A DNA stretch of 64,000 nt from the NCBI GenBank assembly GCA_963781885.1, contig CAWAHW010000002.1:1312001-1376000 (forward strand), written 5' to 3'. Position numbers and translations under genes: made by a program. Each line of letters begins with the position of its first letter. The stretch's first letter is position 1. The DNA comes from an uncultured Spirochaetota bacterium (GTDB lineage Bacteria > Spirochaetota > Spirochaetia > SZUA-6 > Fen-1364). The notes under the pieces are model-generated. The model searched no databases. It worked only from the letters and a program-made list of their open reading frames with translations, and was not told the origin of the DNA. This document shows, piece after piece, positions 37,492 to 48,659 of this stretch.

Positions 37492-38445
37492 ATGGCGCCG
37501 AAAAAAACCGGCGAAGTGCTTTTCGGCATCAACTCCATCTACACGGTCGCCTCGGAGGGCGCGCGATACCAGTGTCGCATCAAGGGCAAGAAGGTGCGCG
37601 AGGATGCGCGCAGCTACAACCCGATCGCCCCCGGAGACCTTGTCGAGCTGATTCCCGATGATTACCACCCCCACGAAGCGATGATCAGCGCCGTGCTTCC
37701 CCGTCGCACGCGCCTCGTGCGTTGGAACAAGAAGGGCCGGGCCCCGCAGGTGCTTGCCGCGAATGCGGACATCGCGGTGTGCGTCACGAGCCCCGCTTCC
37801 CCGCCGTTTCGGCCGCGCTTCATCGATCGGCTGATCGTCGCCGCGGAGACCGGAGGCCTGACGCCCGTCGTCGTCCTCAATAAGTGCGATCTCACTCCGG
37901 CGGCTGACGTGACGGGGCGGCTGGACCATTACCGCGGAATGGGCTATCGGACGCTCGCCTGCTCGGCGCTCACGGGCGAAGGGCTGGGCGAGCTTGCCGA
38001 CCTTCTTTCGCGGCAGCTCGCGGTGCTCGTCGGCCAGTCGGGCGTCGGAAAGTCGTCGCTCCTCAACGCGCTCTGCCCCGGGGCGGCAATGCGCGTCGGC
38101 GAGCTTTCCGAAAAGCACAACCGGGGCAATCACACGACCATCGTCTCGATCCTGCTGGAGATGAATGACGGGCTGCGCGTCGTCGACACGCCGGGCATCC
38201 GCGAGCTGGAGCTCGCCGACGTGCTTCCGGACGAAATTGGTTTTCACTTCCGTGATTTCGCTCCCTTCATGCAGGACTGCTCCTTTCAGCCCTGCCTCCA
38301 CGACGGAGCGCCTCAATGCGCGGTCGCCGCCGCGGTGGAATCCGGAGAAATACATCCCGACCGCTATGAGAGCTACCTCCGCATCCTGCAGGAGCTGCGG
38401 GATTCCCGAAAGGGCATGTACGGGAGGACATTCCGCGATGGATGA
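37492..38445 (+). CDS. rsgA: Ribosome small subunit-dependent GTPase A
   Basis: NKCDL, GQSGVGKSS, RGNHTT, DTPG, C-terminal Zn finger. Confidence 0.95.
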   Translation: MAPKKTGEVLFGINSIYTVASEGARYQCRIKGKKVREDARSYNPIAPGDLVELIPDDYHPHEAMISAVLPRRTRLVRWNKKGRAPQVLAANADIAVCVTSPASPPFRPRFIDRLIVAAETGGLTPVVVLNKCDLTPAADVTGRLDHYRGMGYRTLACSALTGEGLGELADLLSRQLAVLVGQSGVGKSSLLNALCPGAAMRVGELSEKHNRGNHTTIVSILLEMNDGLRVVDTPGIRELELADVLPDEIGFHFRDFAPFMQDCSFQPCLHDGAPQCAVAAAVESGEIHPDRYESYLRILQELRDSRKGMYGRTFRDG

Positions 38446-40775
38446 GCATACCCTGGAGCTTCTCGAATTCCCAAAGATCGTGGAGGAGCTCGCGTCGCTC
38501 TGCGCGAGCCCCGAGGGCGCGGCGCTCCTCCGCGGCCAGCCCATCATGACCGACAAGGGGCTGATCGAGCAGCGAATCTCCCTGGCGCTGGAGCTCCGCG
38601 CGATACTCGAATCGGGCGCTTCAATGCCTGGTTTCGATTTTCCCGACATCGACGATGCGACGCCGCGCCTGGGCAAGCAGGGGCTCCAGCTCGAAGGGGA
38701 AGAGCTGGCCGCCATCGGGCGATGGATACTCTCCGGTCTCAAGATGAAGCGTCTCATCGAAAAGGATGCGCGCGGCGGCGTTGCCGAAATGGCCGCGGGC
38801 ATCCCCGACCTGAGCGCTCTGTCCAAGCGCATATTCCGCGTCGTGGACCATGACGGACAGCTGCGCGAAAAGCAGCTCCCCGAGCTTGCGGCGATACGCG
38901 ACCGCATCCGCCGGCACCGCGAAGACGCGGACAAGTCCGTGCGCGGCCTCCTGGAGGAGAACGCGTACCGCGGGTACTGGCAGACGGCGCTGCCGACGCA
39001 GCGCGACGGGAGGGTGGTGCTGCCCCTGAAGGCCCAATACAAGGGGAGGGTCAAGGGTATCGTGCACGAGATGTCGTCCAGCGGGTCGACGCTCTTCATC
39101 GAGCCTCTGGAAGTGGTGGAGAAGAACAACGCCATCGTGCAGGAGGAAAACCTGTACCGGCTGGAGATGCGGCGCATCCTGCGCGAGCTCACCGCCGAGG
39201 TGTCGGCGCGCGCAGGCGAGCTCGACACGCTGGTGGCGACCGTCGCATTCATCGATACGCTGATGGCGCGCGCTCGCTATGCCGTCCAGCACCGGTGCAG
39301 CCGCGTGGAGAACGGCGGGCAGACCATCGCGCTGCGGGAGGCGCGGCATCCACTTCTTGGCGCCGCGGTCGTCCCGGTGTCGATCACGCTGGCGCAGGAC
39401 CTGCGCGTGCTCATCATCACGGGACCCAATACCGGCGGAAAGACCGTGAGCCTGAAGACCGTGGGGGTCCTGGCCCTGATGAACCAGTTCGGCATGGAGG
39501 TGCCCTCCGGGGAGGGATCGCGGCTGCCGATATTCGACGCGGTGCTTGCCGACATCGGTGACGAGCAGTCAATCGAGCAGTCTCTTTCCACCTTTTCCGG
39601 GCACGTGAAAAATCTTGCGGCCATCGTGAAGCAGGCGGGGCCGCATTCCCTCGTGCTCCTGGACGAGCTGGGCGCCGGCACCGATCCGCAGGAGGGCGTG
39701 GCCCTTGCCATGGCGCTTCTGGACCACTTCATGGCGCGCGGCTGCTCCGTCATGGCGACGACGCACCACGGCATCCTCAAGAATTATGGCGCGACCCGGC
39801 CCGGCGCGCAGAACGCCTCCATGGGATTCGATCCGGAGAGCTTTGCGCCGACGTACCGCATCCAGATGGGCGTGCCGGGAGAAAGCCATGCGCTGGAGAT
39901 CGCGCGCCGCAGCGGCATGCCGGAGAATGTGCTTGCAAGCGCCTTTTCGTATCTCGATGACGAGCGCACCGACATCTCGAAGCTCGTGTCGCACCTCGCC
40001 GAGAGGCACCAGAAGCTTTCCCAGGCCGAGGAGGTTCAGACGGAGCGCGAGAACGAGCTGCGGGAAAAGCGAAGGTCGGCGGACCTGAAGGAGCTCACGC
40101 TGCGGCAGAAGGAGCTGGAGCTGCGCCGGCACGGCCTGCGGGAGCTCAGGGACTTCATCGAGCAGGCACGCAAGGAGTGGGAGTCGCTGCGGCAATCCTC
40201 TTCCGCGCCCGCCGGCGCCGAGTTCGGCGCGCTGGCGGCCGGCATCCAGGAGCGCATCGAAAAGGAAGAGCAGAGGATCTCTGAAGAGAGGGATGCCCTG
40301 GCGCCGGCCGCCACATTCGACGTGCAGGAGGGGATGGAGGTCGTGATCGCGCGCACGGGAAGGAGGGGCAGGGTGCTCCGCCGGGACAAGGGACCGCGAT
40401 GGATCGTGGAGACGGAGACGCTGCGTCTGTCCCTCCTGCCCGGCGAGCTTCGCCCCGCGCCCGCCGTGCCTGACAAGGAGGCCTCAGGGGTCTCGGTGAG
40501 CTTTTCTTCGGCAGGGACGACGGATACGCCGGCGCTCGAGCTGTACCTCATCGGGCTGCGCGTGGAAGAGGCCATGCAAAAGGTGGAGAAGCAGATCGAC
40601 AACGCCCTCGTGCACGGGTTGCGCGATCTTCAGCATCGTGCACGGAAAAGGGGAGGGGAAGCTCCGCACCGCCGTGCACGCGTACCTCCGCGCCCTTCCG
40701 CTGGTTGAGGAGTTCCATTTTTCCGCGCCCGAGGAAGGCGGATTCGGCAAGACCATCGTCACGCTCAGGATGTAA
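38438..40775 (+). CDS. mutS2: MutS2 protein with Smr domain (frameshift near 40627)
   Basis: LELLEF, SSSGSTLFIEP, TGPNTGGKT, IEQSLSTFSGH, LDELGAGTDP; Smr motifs IVHGKGEG...GGFGKT in the +1 frame. Confidence 0.92.
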
Positions 40776-40853
40776 GTCTTCGAACAACCGCGTATCCCGT
40801 CCACGCGCGGCGGTCAGCTTGCCATCCCCATGGCCGGACGATAGTATTGCGCG

Positions 40854-41120
40854 ATGGATTCCGGTGTCTTCGGCCAGGTCTTTTCCTCCTGGGAGGTGAT
40901 TGCCGCCTCCCTCGTCCTCATCCTCCTTCTGCCGCTCGTCTTCTATGTCGCCTCGACCCGTGCGCGGAAGAAGAAGCCGGCGCGTCTTGCCCCCCCGAGG
41001 TCAAAAGCGAAACCGGCGGCTGCTCCGAAGAAGGATGAGCGCGAGGAGGTGCGCGGGCCGCGGGAGGGCCGGCCCTCCCGGTCGATCGAGCCGCCAGACG
41101 ATGCCGAAGGGAAAAAATGA
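40854..41120 (+). CDS. Small membrane protein with a basic tail
   Basis: One TM segment; TTGCCA-N17-TAGTAT-N6-ATG; ATGA overlap with uvrA. Confidence 0.65.
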   Translation: MDSGVFGQVFSSWEVIAASLVLILLLPLVFYVASTRARKKKPARLAPPRSKAKPAAAPKKDEREEVRGPREGRPSRSIEPPDDAEGKK

Positions 41121-43942
41121 AAAACATCGTCATCAAAGGGGCGCGCGAGCACAACCTGAAAAACATCGATCTCGTGATGCCGCGCGATGCCCTGATTGTC
41201 GTTTCCGGTCTGAGCGGCTCCGGGAAGTCCTCCCTCGCTTTCGACACCGTTTTCGCGGAAGGTCAGCGCCGCTACGTGGAATCCCTGTCCTCCTATGCGC
41301 GCCAGTTCCTCGGCAGGCTGGACAAGCCAGACCTGGACTACATCGAGGGGCTGTCGCCGGCGATCGCCATCGAGCAGAAGACCACCCACCGCAACCCCCG
41401 GTCCACGGTGGGCACGGTCACGGAGATCTACGATTACCTGCGGCTCCTTTTCGCGCGGGTGGGCACTCCCCACTGCCCGCAGTGCGGTCGGGAGATCCAG
41501 GAGCAGTCGGTCGACCAGATCGTCGATTCGCTGCTCGTGCTGCCGGAGGGAACGAAGGTGGTCCTCCTTGCGCCGGTCGTCGGGGCGAAAAAGGGGGAGC
41601 ACCAGAAGATACTCGATGACGCCAAACGCATGGGATACGTACGCGTCCGCATTGACGGTGAGATACGGGCTCTGGACGAGGAGATCGTCCTGGACCGCAA
41701 GCGCAAGCACACCATCGAGGTCGTCGTGGACCGGCTCGTCGTCGCCCCCGACACGCGCCGGCGCTTCTCCGAATCGGTGGAAGGAGCACTGGAGACGTCG
41801 GGGGGCACGCTCATCGCGCTCGTGCGGGAGAGGTCGGGCGAGCGGGAGATACTTTTTTCACAGAAAAGCGCCTGCCCGACCTGTGGCATCAGCATCCCCG
41901 AGCTGCAGCCGCGGCTTTTTTCCTTCAACAATCCATTCGGCGCCTGCCCGGAGTGCTCGGGGCTCGGCGTCACCCTTGAGTTCGATCCCGCCCTCGTCGT
42001 GCCCGATAAGACGCTGTCGTTCAATGAAGGCGGCATCGTCCCGTACAATCCCAAGGCCAACTGGTACAGGAGCCAATTCGACTCCCTGGCGAAGCATTTC
42101 GGCTTCTCGCTGGATACGCCGCTTGCGGACCTGCCGGCCTCCACCTACAACGCGATCCTGCATGGAACGAAGGAGAAGATCGGCTTCCGTTACCAGAGCA
42201 AGGACGGCCGCGGCAAATGGGAGTTCGAGTCGGGCTTCCGCGGCGTGCTCAACGAGCTGAAGCGCCGCTACTTGGAGAGCAGCTCCGAGCAGGTCAAGGA
42301 ATGGATGGAAGGCTTCATGTCGCAGAAGGACTGCACCTCCTGCGACGGCAGGAGGCTGAAACCCGAGGTGCTTGCCGTCACCGTGGGGGACAAGAACATC
42401 CATGAGATCACGCAGCTTTCGGTGAGCGATTCACTTGCCTTTTTCGCCAGTCTCCCGCTCACCTCCACCGCGCAGAAGATCGCGCGACAGATCCTCAAGG
42501 AGATCGCCGCGCGCCTCACGTTCATGAAGAATGTCGGGCTTGCCTACCTCACGCTGGAGCGGCGCGCGAGCACGCTTTCCGGCGGGGAGGCGCAGCGCAT
42601 CCGTCTTGCCACGCAGATCGGCTCGTCGCTGGTCGGCGTGCTCTATATCCTGGATGAGCCGACGATTGGTCTCCACCAGAGGGACAACGCGCTTCTGATC
42701 GACACGCTCAAGCACCTGCGCGACATCGGCAACACCCTCATCGTCGTGGAGCACGACGAGCAGACGCTGCGCACCGCTGATTACATCGTGGACCTGGGGC
42801 CGGGCGCCGGCGTCCACGGCGGGCACATCGTCGCGGCCGGGAGCATTGAGGAGGTCTGCGCCAATCCGCAGTCTCTCACGGGCCAGTACCTTTCCGGGGC
42901 TCTCACCATCGAGCGCGGAAGGCCGCGCCGCAAGGGCAATGGAAAGACCGTGGTCCTGCGTGGCGCCCGCGAGCACAACCTGAAGGGCATCAACGTCGAG
43001 TTCCCCCTGGGAACATTCATCGCCATTACCGGGGTGTCGGGGTCCGGGAAGTCGACCCTGCTCTCCGACCTGCTCTATCCGGCGCTTTCAAACGCGATTG
43101 GAGGCCCGCGCCTTGCCGAGGGGGCATACGATTCGCTCATGGGCTCAAAAGAGATCGACAAGGTGATCAATATCGACCAGGGCCCCATCGGCCGCACGCC
43201 GCGGTCCAACCCGGCGACGTACGTGGGCCTCTTCGGTGCCATACGGTCCCTTTTCGCGCAGCTTCCTGAGGCGCGCGCAAAGGGATACAAGGCGGGTCGC
43301 TTCTCCTTCAACGTGAAGGGCGGCAGGTGCGAGAAATGCCAGGGGGCCGGCACCATCCGCATCGAGATGCATTTCCTGCCCGACGTCTACGTGACCTGTG
43401 ACGCGTGCAAGGGCAGGCGCTACAACCGCGAGACGCTTGAGGTCCGCTACAAGGGCAAGAACATCCACGAGGTGCTGGAAATGACGGTGGAGGAGGGCGT
43501 CGCGTTCTTCCGCCACATCCCGACCATCGCACCGAAACTGGAGACATTGCTCGACGTGGGGTTGGGCTACGTCTGCCTCGGGCAGTCGGCGCTCACCCTC
43601 TCCGGGGGCGAGGCCCAGCGCGTGAAGCTTTCGCTGGAGCTTTCCCGTCGGAGCACGGGCCGCACGTTCTACATCCTGGACGAGCCGACCACCGGGCTGC
43701 ATTTTGCCGATGTGAAGCAGCTCATGGAGGTGCTGGAAAAGCTGGTCGATGCGGGAAACACGGTGGCGCTGATCGAGCACAATCTGGATGTCATCAAGTG
43801 CGCCGACTGGGTGATCGATCTCGGACCGGAGGGAGGCGACAAGGGCGGCGAGCTGGTGGCGCAGGGCACCCCGGAGCACGTCGCGCGCACCGAGGGCTCC
43901 TGGACCGGGAAATACCTGAAGCGTTTGCTGAAAAAGGAATGA
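41117..43942 (+). CDS. uvrA: Excinuclease ABC subunit A
   Basis: [23 protein letters not shown], two NBDs, Zn fingers. Confidence 0.98.
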   Translation: MKNIVIKGAREHNLKNIDLVMPRDALIVVSGLSGSGKSSLAFDTVFAEGQRRYVESLSSYARQFLGRLDKPDLDYIEGLSPAIAIEQKTTHRNPRSTVGTVTEIYDYLRLLFARVGTPHCPQCGREIQEQSVDQIVDSLLVLPEGTKVVLLAPVVGAKKGEHQKILDDAKRMGYVRVRIDGEIRALDEEIVLDRKRKHTIEVVVDRLVVAPDTRRRFSESVEGALETSGGTLIALVRERSGEREILFSQKSACPTCGISIPELQPRLFSFNNPFGACPECSGLGVTLEFDPALVVPDKTLSFNEGGIVPYNPKANWYRSQFDSLAKHFGFSLDTPLADLPASTYNAILHGTKEKIGFRYQSKDGRGKWEFESGFRGVLNELKRRYLESSSEQVKEWMEGFMSQKDCTSCDGRRLKPEVLAVTVGDKNIHEITQLSVSDSLAFFASLPLTSTAQKIARQILKEIAARLTFMKNVGLAYLTLERRASTLSGGEAQRIRLATQIGSSLVGVLYILDEPTIGLHQRDNALLIDTLKHLRDIGNTLIVVEHDEQTLRTADYIVDLGPGAGVHGGHIVAAGSIEEVCANPQSLTGQYLSGALTIERGRPRRKGNGKTVVLRGAREHNLKGINVEFPLGTFIAITGVSGSGKSTLLSDLLYPALSNAIGGPRLAEGAYDSLMGSKEIDKVINIDQGPIGRTPRSNPATYVGLFGAIRSLFAQLPEARAKGYKAGRFSFNVKGGRCEKCQGAGTIRIEMHFLPDVYVTCDACKGRRYNRETLEVRYKGKNIHEVLEMTVEEGVAFFRHIPTIAPKLETLLDVGLGYVCLGQSALTLSGGEAQRVKLSLELSRRSTGRTFYILDEPTTGLHFADVKQLMEVLEKLVDAGNTVALIEHNLDVIKCADWVIDLGPEGGDKGGELVAQGTPEHVARTEGSWTGKYLKRLLKKE

Positions 43943-46900
43943 TCGCTTTTCTCCTGGCGTTGCTGCTTCTGTCATCCCCCGCTCCGGCCTCAGCGCGGCC
44001 TCTTGACGAAGGAGCGACCGCGGCTCCGCGTCCGGCGGCGGCAGGCGCAGCGGCAGCCCCGGCCCCGGCCGCCGCGGAGAGCCCGCAGGACCAGGCAGCA
44101 GCCACGCTTGCCCAGGACGTGGCCACGGCAAGCTACTACGAGCTTGTGACCTGGTGCCGGGAGCTCGGGCTGGACGATTCCGGTTCCCGCCGCGACTTGC
44201 AGCAGCGGCTGGCTGAGCACCTGAAGGTGTCATTGCCCGCCGTGGCCGCAACGCCAAAGCGGACCATCACGGTGCGCTCCGCCCGGGAATCGGAGTACTC
44301 CACGCTGAAGGAAGCGGATGAGAAGTATGTCTTTCTCCGCGGGGACGTGCTCATCGAGGTTCGCGATGAAAAGGACGGCACGCTGCAGTCGATCAAGGCA
44401 GACAGCGTCACCTACAACCAGACGCGCGGCAAGGTGAGCGCGCAGGGCAATGTCGCCTATTCGCTCACCCGGGGCGGCCAGACCGACACCTTTACGGGGC
44501 AAAGCCTCGATTTCGACCTGGAAAGCTCAGAAGCGGTTTTCTACGACGGGAGCACGACGCGCGTGATCAAGCGGACGGGCGCCGATGTGCCCTATTCGTT
44601 CAAGGGACAGACGATCACCCGCTTTGCCAACGACACGGTCATCATGTCGGACGGCACCTTCACGAGCTCGCCAACGCCGGATGATCCGCTGTACCGGGTA
44701 AACGCGTCCGCCGTCTATCTCCTGGCGCCCGGCGAATGGGCGATACAGAACGTCGTTCTTCTCGTGGGCAGGGTGCCCATCCTCTGGCTGCCGGGCTTTT
44801 TCTGGCCGGGTGACGAGTTTTTCTTCAATCCCAACTTCGGCTCGAATACCCGCGAGGGATCGTACGTGCAGACGACGACGTATCTGTTCGGCAGGAAAGC
44901 CAAGGAGGACAGCCCGCTCTCATTCCTCCAGATCGCCGATTCCACGGACGCAGGCTACACGCTGGAGCCGCACGGCCTTTTCCTGCGCAAGGTTCCCGGC
45001 ACCACGACGACGACGCCGGATACGCGAAACGTCAAGCTGCTCCTGGATGCCTATTCCAACCTCGGCCTGTTTGCCGGTCTTACGGGCGACCTGTCGCCGC
45101 TTGCGACGTTCCGCACCGGTATCGGGTTCAGCCGGACCATCTTTGACAACAACTCCCCACTCTGGGTCAACCCGGACGGTTCGGTGCAGAGCTACTGGAA
45201 CTCGTCCTCCCTTTTCGGTCTCGTCGTTCCCTTCCGCTTCGGCCTGGAAGGAACTCTCCGCACAACGGGCGATGTTTTTTCGATGAGCGCGGATTTTCAG
45301 TATTTTTCCGATCCGTCCTTCCCGAGCGACTTCTACAACCGCTCCGAGGCGAATTTCCTGTCCACGCTCCTGACGCCGCCGAGCACAACGACCGCTGCCA
45401 CCACCGCGCAGCAATCCAACCTGTCATGGGATCTCGCCGGGCGTCTCGACCTCACGAAGCTTGTCGGGCTGCCCTTCGTGCAGAATCTTTCCATCCCGAG
45501 CGCGAACTTCAAGGTCACGTGGCTGAGCAAGGCCGGGCCTTTTGTCAATCCGCTCTCCACCGTTCCGACCGACCCTCAGGACTACGACCCCGGGCGCACG
45601 TTCTACTATCCGTCGAGCATCACGGCGCCTGACATTTCCTTTTCCATGACGGGAGACATCCTCTCCTTGAGCACGGTCCCGCAGACGGCTGCGGCGCAGC
45701 CGCCGAAAACGGCGGCACCTGCCGCTGCTTCGACCGGGACGGCGCAGGGCAAGGGCGGAGCACCCGGCGCTGCCGCGCAGTCGCAGCCGGCAGGTACAGC
45801 TGCCGTACCATCGGGGACGGCAACGTCGGCACCCGCGGCAGCGACCGCAACAGCGCCGTCAGCAGCGGCACCCGCGGCAGCGCCGTCGGCAGCGGCACCC
45901 GCGGCAGCGCCGTCGGCAGCAGCACCAGCAGCGGCAAAGGCGTCTGACTCGTCGGCGAAAACGCCAGCCCCGGCACCCGATCCCGGCAAGGGTCTACGGG
46001 AGCCTCATGTCGTGGCGGTTGCAGGTTCAGCTTCGTCGGCGCCCGCCGCTGCACCGGCCGCGCCGCGCATCCCGTTCCGTGAGCCCGCGCGGCAGCCGGA
46101 CGTCCAGCAAAGCCAGAGCCCCGGCGCATCGGCATTCAAGCTTTCCTACCAGCTCCAGCCGCGCGCGACATTCGAGCACACGTTCGATACCACGAATTGG
46201 GTGAGCAGGCAGACAGTCGACTACAGCATCCTCTACCGAACGCTGGAGCTGGGTGGATCCGGCGGCGTGACTGCCGCCGCCTCCTTTCTGGACAAGCTTG
46301 CCGACGTGAGCCTTGGTTTGAGCACGGACGGTTTGTGGAGGACCCGATTCGATCCCAGTGCGCTGGAGCTGGCCTCCACAGACTGGCCGAGCCAGCTTCT
46401 TCGTGACATGCAGCAGGACCAACTCGCGCTGCGCACCAATTTTCAAGGGACACTGCGGCCATTCCAGTCCTTGCCGTCGCTTGCCAGCTCCACGCTGCAA
46501 TATCAGCTCGGGGTCCGTCTTTACCAAGTCAGTCTGACGGGAAGCGACCCGCTGAATCCCGTGCTCACGAAGGCCTCACCCGATTGGACGACGAATACGA
46601 TCACCACGAACAGCCTGGCGTCGACGCTGGCCTTCAATACGGTGCAGACAACGGACACCCTTGCCGTGACGTTGTTGCTTCCACCTCAGAACGCCGTCGC
46701 TCACGGCGCGACTGGATGTGGGGGCAGGTCCCTTCAAGGGCACCGTGCAGGGAGGATTCACGCAGCCATCGACCCTGCTCTACCAGCCGTTGATCGTGAA
46801 CGGCACGCTGGATTTCGGCTCCGGCTTCGGCGGGAGCGAGGAGGTGCAACTGGACGTTGCCAACGCGGCGATCTCACGGTCGACCACCCAGCTCAACCTG

Positions 46901-47518
46901 GGCTACTTCAGCGGCACATTCATTGCCCAGGAAACCGGCCCGTTGAACCTGCTCGAGCCTTCGACAGTGAAGGTCGGTTTTGAAAACGGCGGGACGCCGG
47001 TGTGGCTCTGGATGGACAGGATCAAGCTCAGCCTTTCCCTCAAGACACACTGGTACCTGAATCTGCAAAATTACTTGGACAATCTCTTCGATTTCAATCT
47101 GGGCCTGACGCTCTCAATCTTCAAATTCCTCGATCTGACATTTTCATCTGTTTCTACAAACAGCAAAACGTACCGTTATATCCCTGCGTTGGCTACGGCA
47201 GAAGGCGAAACGTGGGTGAATCCCTTCGACGATCTTCTTGCATCGTTCGATTTTTTCGACACCCGGACGTCTGCTTTAAGTGACAGGGTGAGATCTGCCT
47301 TCAAGATTCGGACGCTCGCTATCACCGCCGTGCAGCATTTCCCCGATTGGGATCTCAGTTTCCAGTACCAGGGGTCGCCGCAGCTCCGCAGGGACCCTGT
47401 TGACAACATTCTCAAGAATATCTGGACGCCCACATTTTCCATCCAGGTGACGTGGAACGCGGTTTCGGAGGTGAAGAGCAACGTTCATGGGGACTATACG
47501 GGTGTGTATCTGCGGTAG
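43939..47518 (+). CDS. lptD: Large outer-membrane protein, spirochaetal LptD-like (frameshift near 46690)
   Basis: Signal peptide; OstA-like jellyroll (IKADSVTYN...AQGNV); [13 protein letters not shown]...P; long beta-rich C-region; adjacent to uvrA as in treponemes. Confidence 0.7.
45851..45931 (+). repeat. In-frame 27-bp tandem repeat (APSAAAPAA x3) within an Ala/Pro-rich insert
   Basis: CAGCGCCGTCRGCAGCRGCACCMGCRG three times. Confidence 0.85.
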
Positions 47519-47540
47519 CAGGCCGTCACCCGGGGAGGCA

Positions 47541-47659
47541 GCTGCGACTCCGGCGCAATTGAAGCTGCGACTCCGGCGCAATTGAAGCTGCGACTCCGGC
47601 GCAATTGAAGCTGCGACTCCGGCGCAATTGAAGCTGCGACCTTCTTGGGCGCAATTGAC
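47541..47659. repeat. Tandem array of a 23-bp unit (4 perfect copies plus 1 variant)
   Basis: GCTGCGACTCCGGCGCAATTGAA at 47541, 47564, 47587, 47610; variant GCTGCGACCTTCTTGGGCGCAATTGAC at 47633. Confidence 0.95.
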
Positions 47660-47684
47660 GCTCGGATCGTTTTTCCACTACGAT
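47655..47684 (+). promoter_or_regulatory. sigma70-type promoter of the phoH operon
   Basis: TTGACG-N18-TACGAT; GGGAG RBS. Confidence 0.55.
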
Positions 47685-47699
47685 GATCGCGGGAGTTGA

Positions 47700-48659
47700 A
47701 TGGAGAAACCGCTGACGGTTGTCGTAAACGACGAAACGATCCTGCCCGAAATCTGCGGGGCAAACGATACAAACCTGAAAATCATGGAAGAGCTGATGGG
47801 AGTGCGCATATACTCCCGCGGCAACGAGATACTGCTCGATTCTGAAGATGACGCCATCCAGCGAACCTTCCGGCTCCTGCTCCAGCAAATGGAAGACCAC
47901 GTCCGTCTCGGGCAGTTTCCCGGCCCGGACCTCATCCGCACGCTCTATCGCTCCCTCGCCGACGGCGAGGAGGAGAAGGTGGAGATCCTCAAGCGGAACC
48001 TCGTCGTCATTCCCGGCGGCACGCGCAAGGTCTATCCCCGCACGCACAATCAGGCCCTCTACCTCGAATCGATCGAAAAGAACGAGCTGGTCTTCGGAGT
48101 CGGTCCCGCCGGCACCGGGAAGACCTATCTCGCCGTCGCCCAGGCGCTGAAGCAGGTCCTCAGCCAGGGCAGGAGGAAGCTCATCATCACGCGCCCCGTG
48201 GTGGAGGCGGGCGAAAGCCTCGGCTTCCTGCCCGGTGACCTCACCCAGAAGATACACCCCTACCTGAGGCCCCTTTACGATGCCATCGAATCGCTGGTTC
48301 CAATGGAGGTGTTTCGCCGGCTGGAGGAAAACGGGGTGATCGAGATCGCGCCGCTTGCCTACATGCGCGGCCGAACGCTTTCGGGAGCCTTCATCATCCT
48401 CGACGAGGCGCAGAATACCACCCGGGAGCAGATGAAGATGTTCCTCACGCGCATCGGAGAAAACTCCCGCACGGTCATCACGGGCGACATCACGCAGATC
48501 GATCTTCCCCGGAAATCGGACTCCGGGCTCCTCACGGTAATCCCCATCCTCACCCCCATCCGCGAGATACGGTTCACGTTTTTCGAGGAGCGCGACGTGG
48601 TGAGGAATCCCCTCGTGCGAAAGATCGTCCACGCCTACGAGACCGCGCATGAAGAATAG
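47700..48659 (+). CDS. phoH: PhoH-family ATPase
   Basis: GPAGTGKTYLA, RPVVEAGESLGFLPG, AYMRGRTL, LDEAQN. Confidence 0.95.
   Translation: MEKPLTVVVNDETILPEICGANDTNLKIMEELMGVRIYSRGNEILLDSEDDAIQRTFRLLLQQMEDHVRLGQFPGPDLIRTLYRSLADGEEEKVEILKRNLVVIPGGTRKVYPRTHNQALYLESIEKNELVFGVGPAGTGKTYLAVAQALKQVLSQGRRKLIITRPVVEAGESLGFLPGDLTQKIHPYLRPLYDAIESLVPMEVFRRLEENGVIEIAPLAYMRGRTLSGAFIILDEAQNTTREQMKMFLTRIGENSRTVITGDITQIDLPRKSDSGLLTVIPILTPIREIRFTFFEERDVVRNPLVRKIVHAYETAHEE

Noticed and set aside
36550-39252. Long antisense ORFs (900 aa here; also 48574-50823, 51496-53367, 57596-59497)
   Set aside because: They are shadows of well-supported + strand genes in high-GC DNA and carry no motifs.
5120-47518. Calling xseA, mutS2, rluD and the lptD-like gene pseudogenes
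   Set aside because: Each has a single indel with otherwise intact motifs and no other decay, so sequencing error is more parsimonious.
47541-47659. CRISPR array or plasmid iterons
   Set aside because: No spacers, no cas or rep gene, and the context is core chromosomal.
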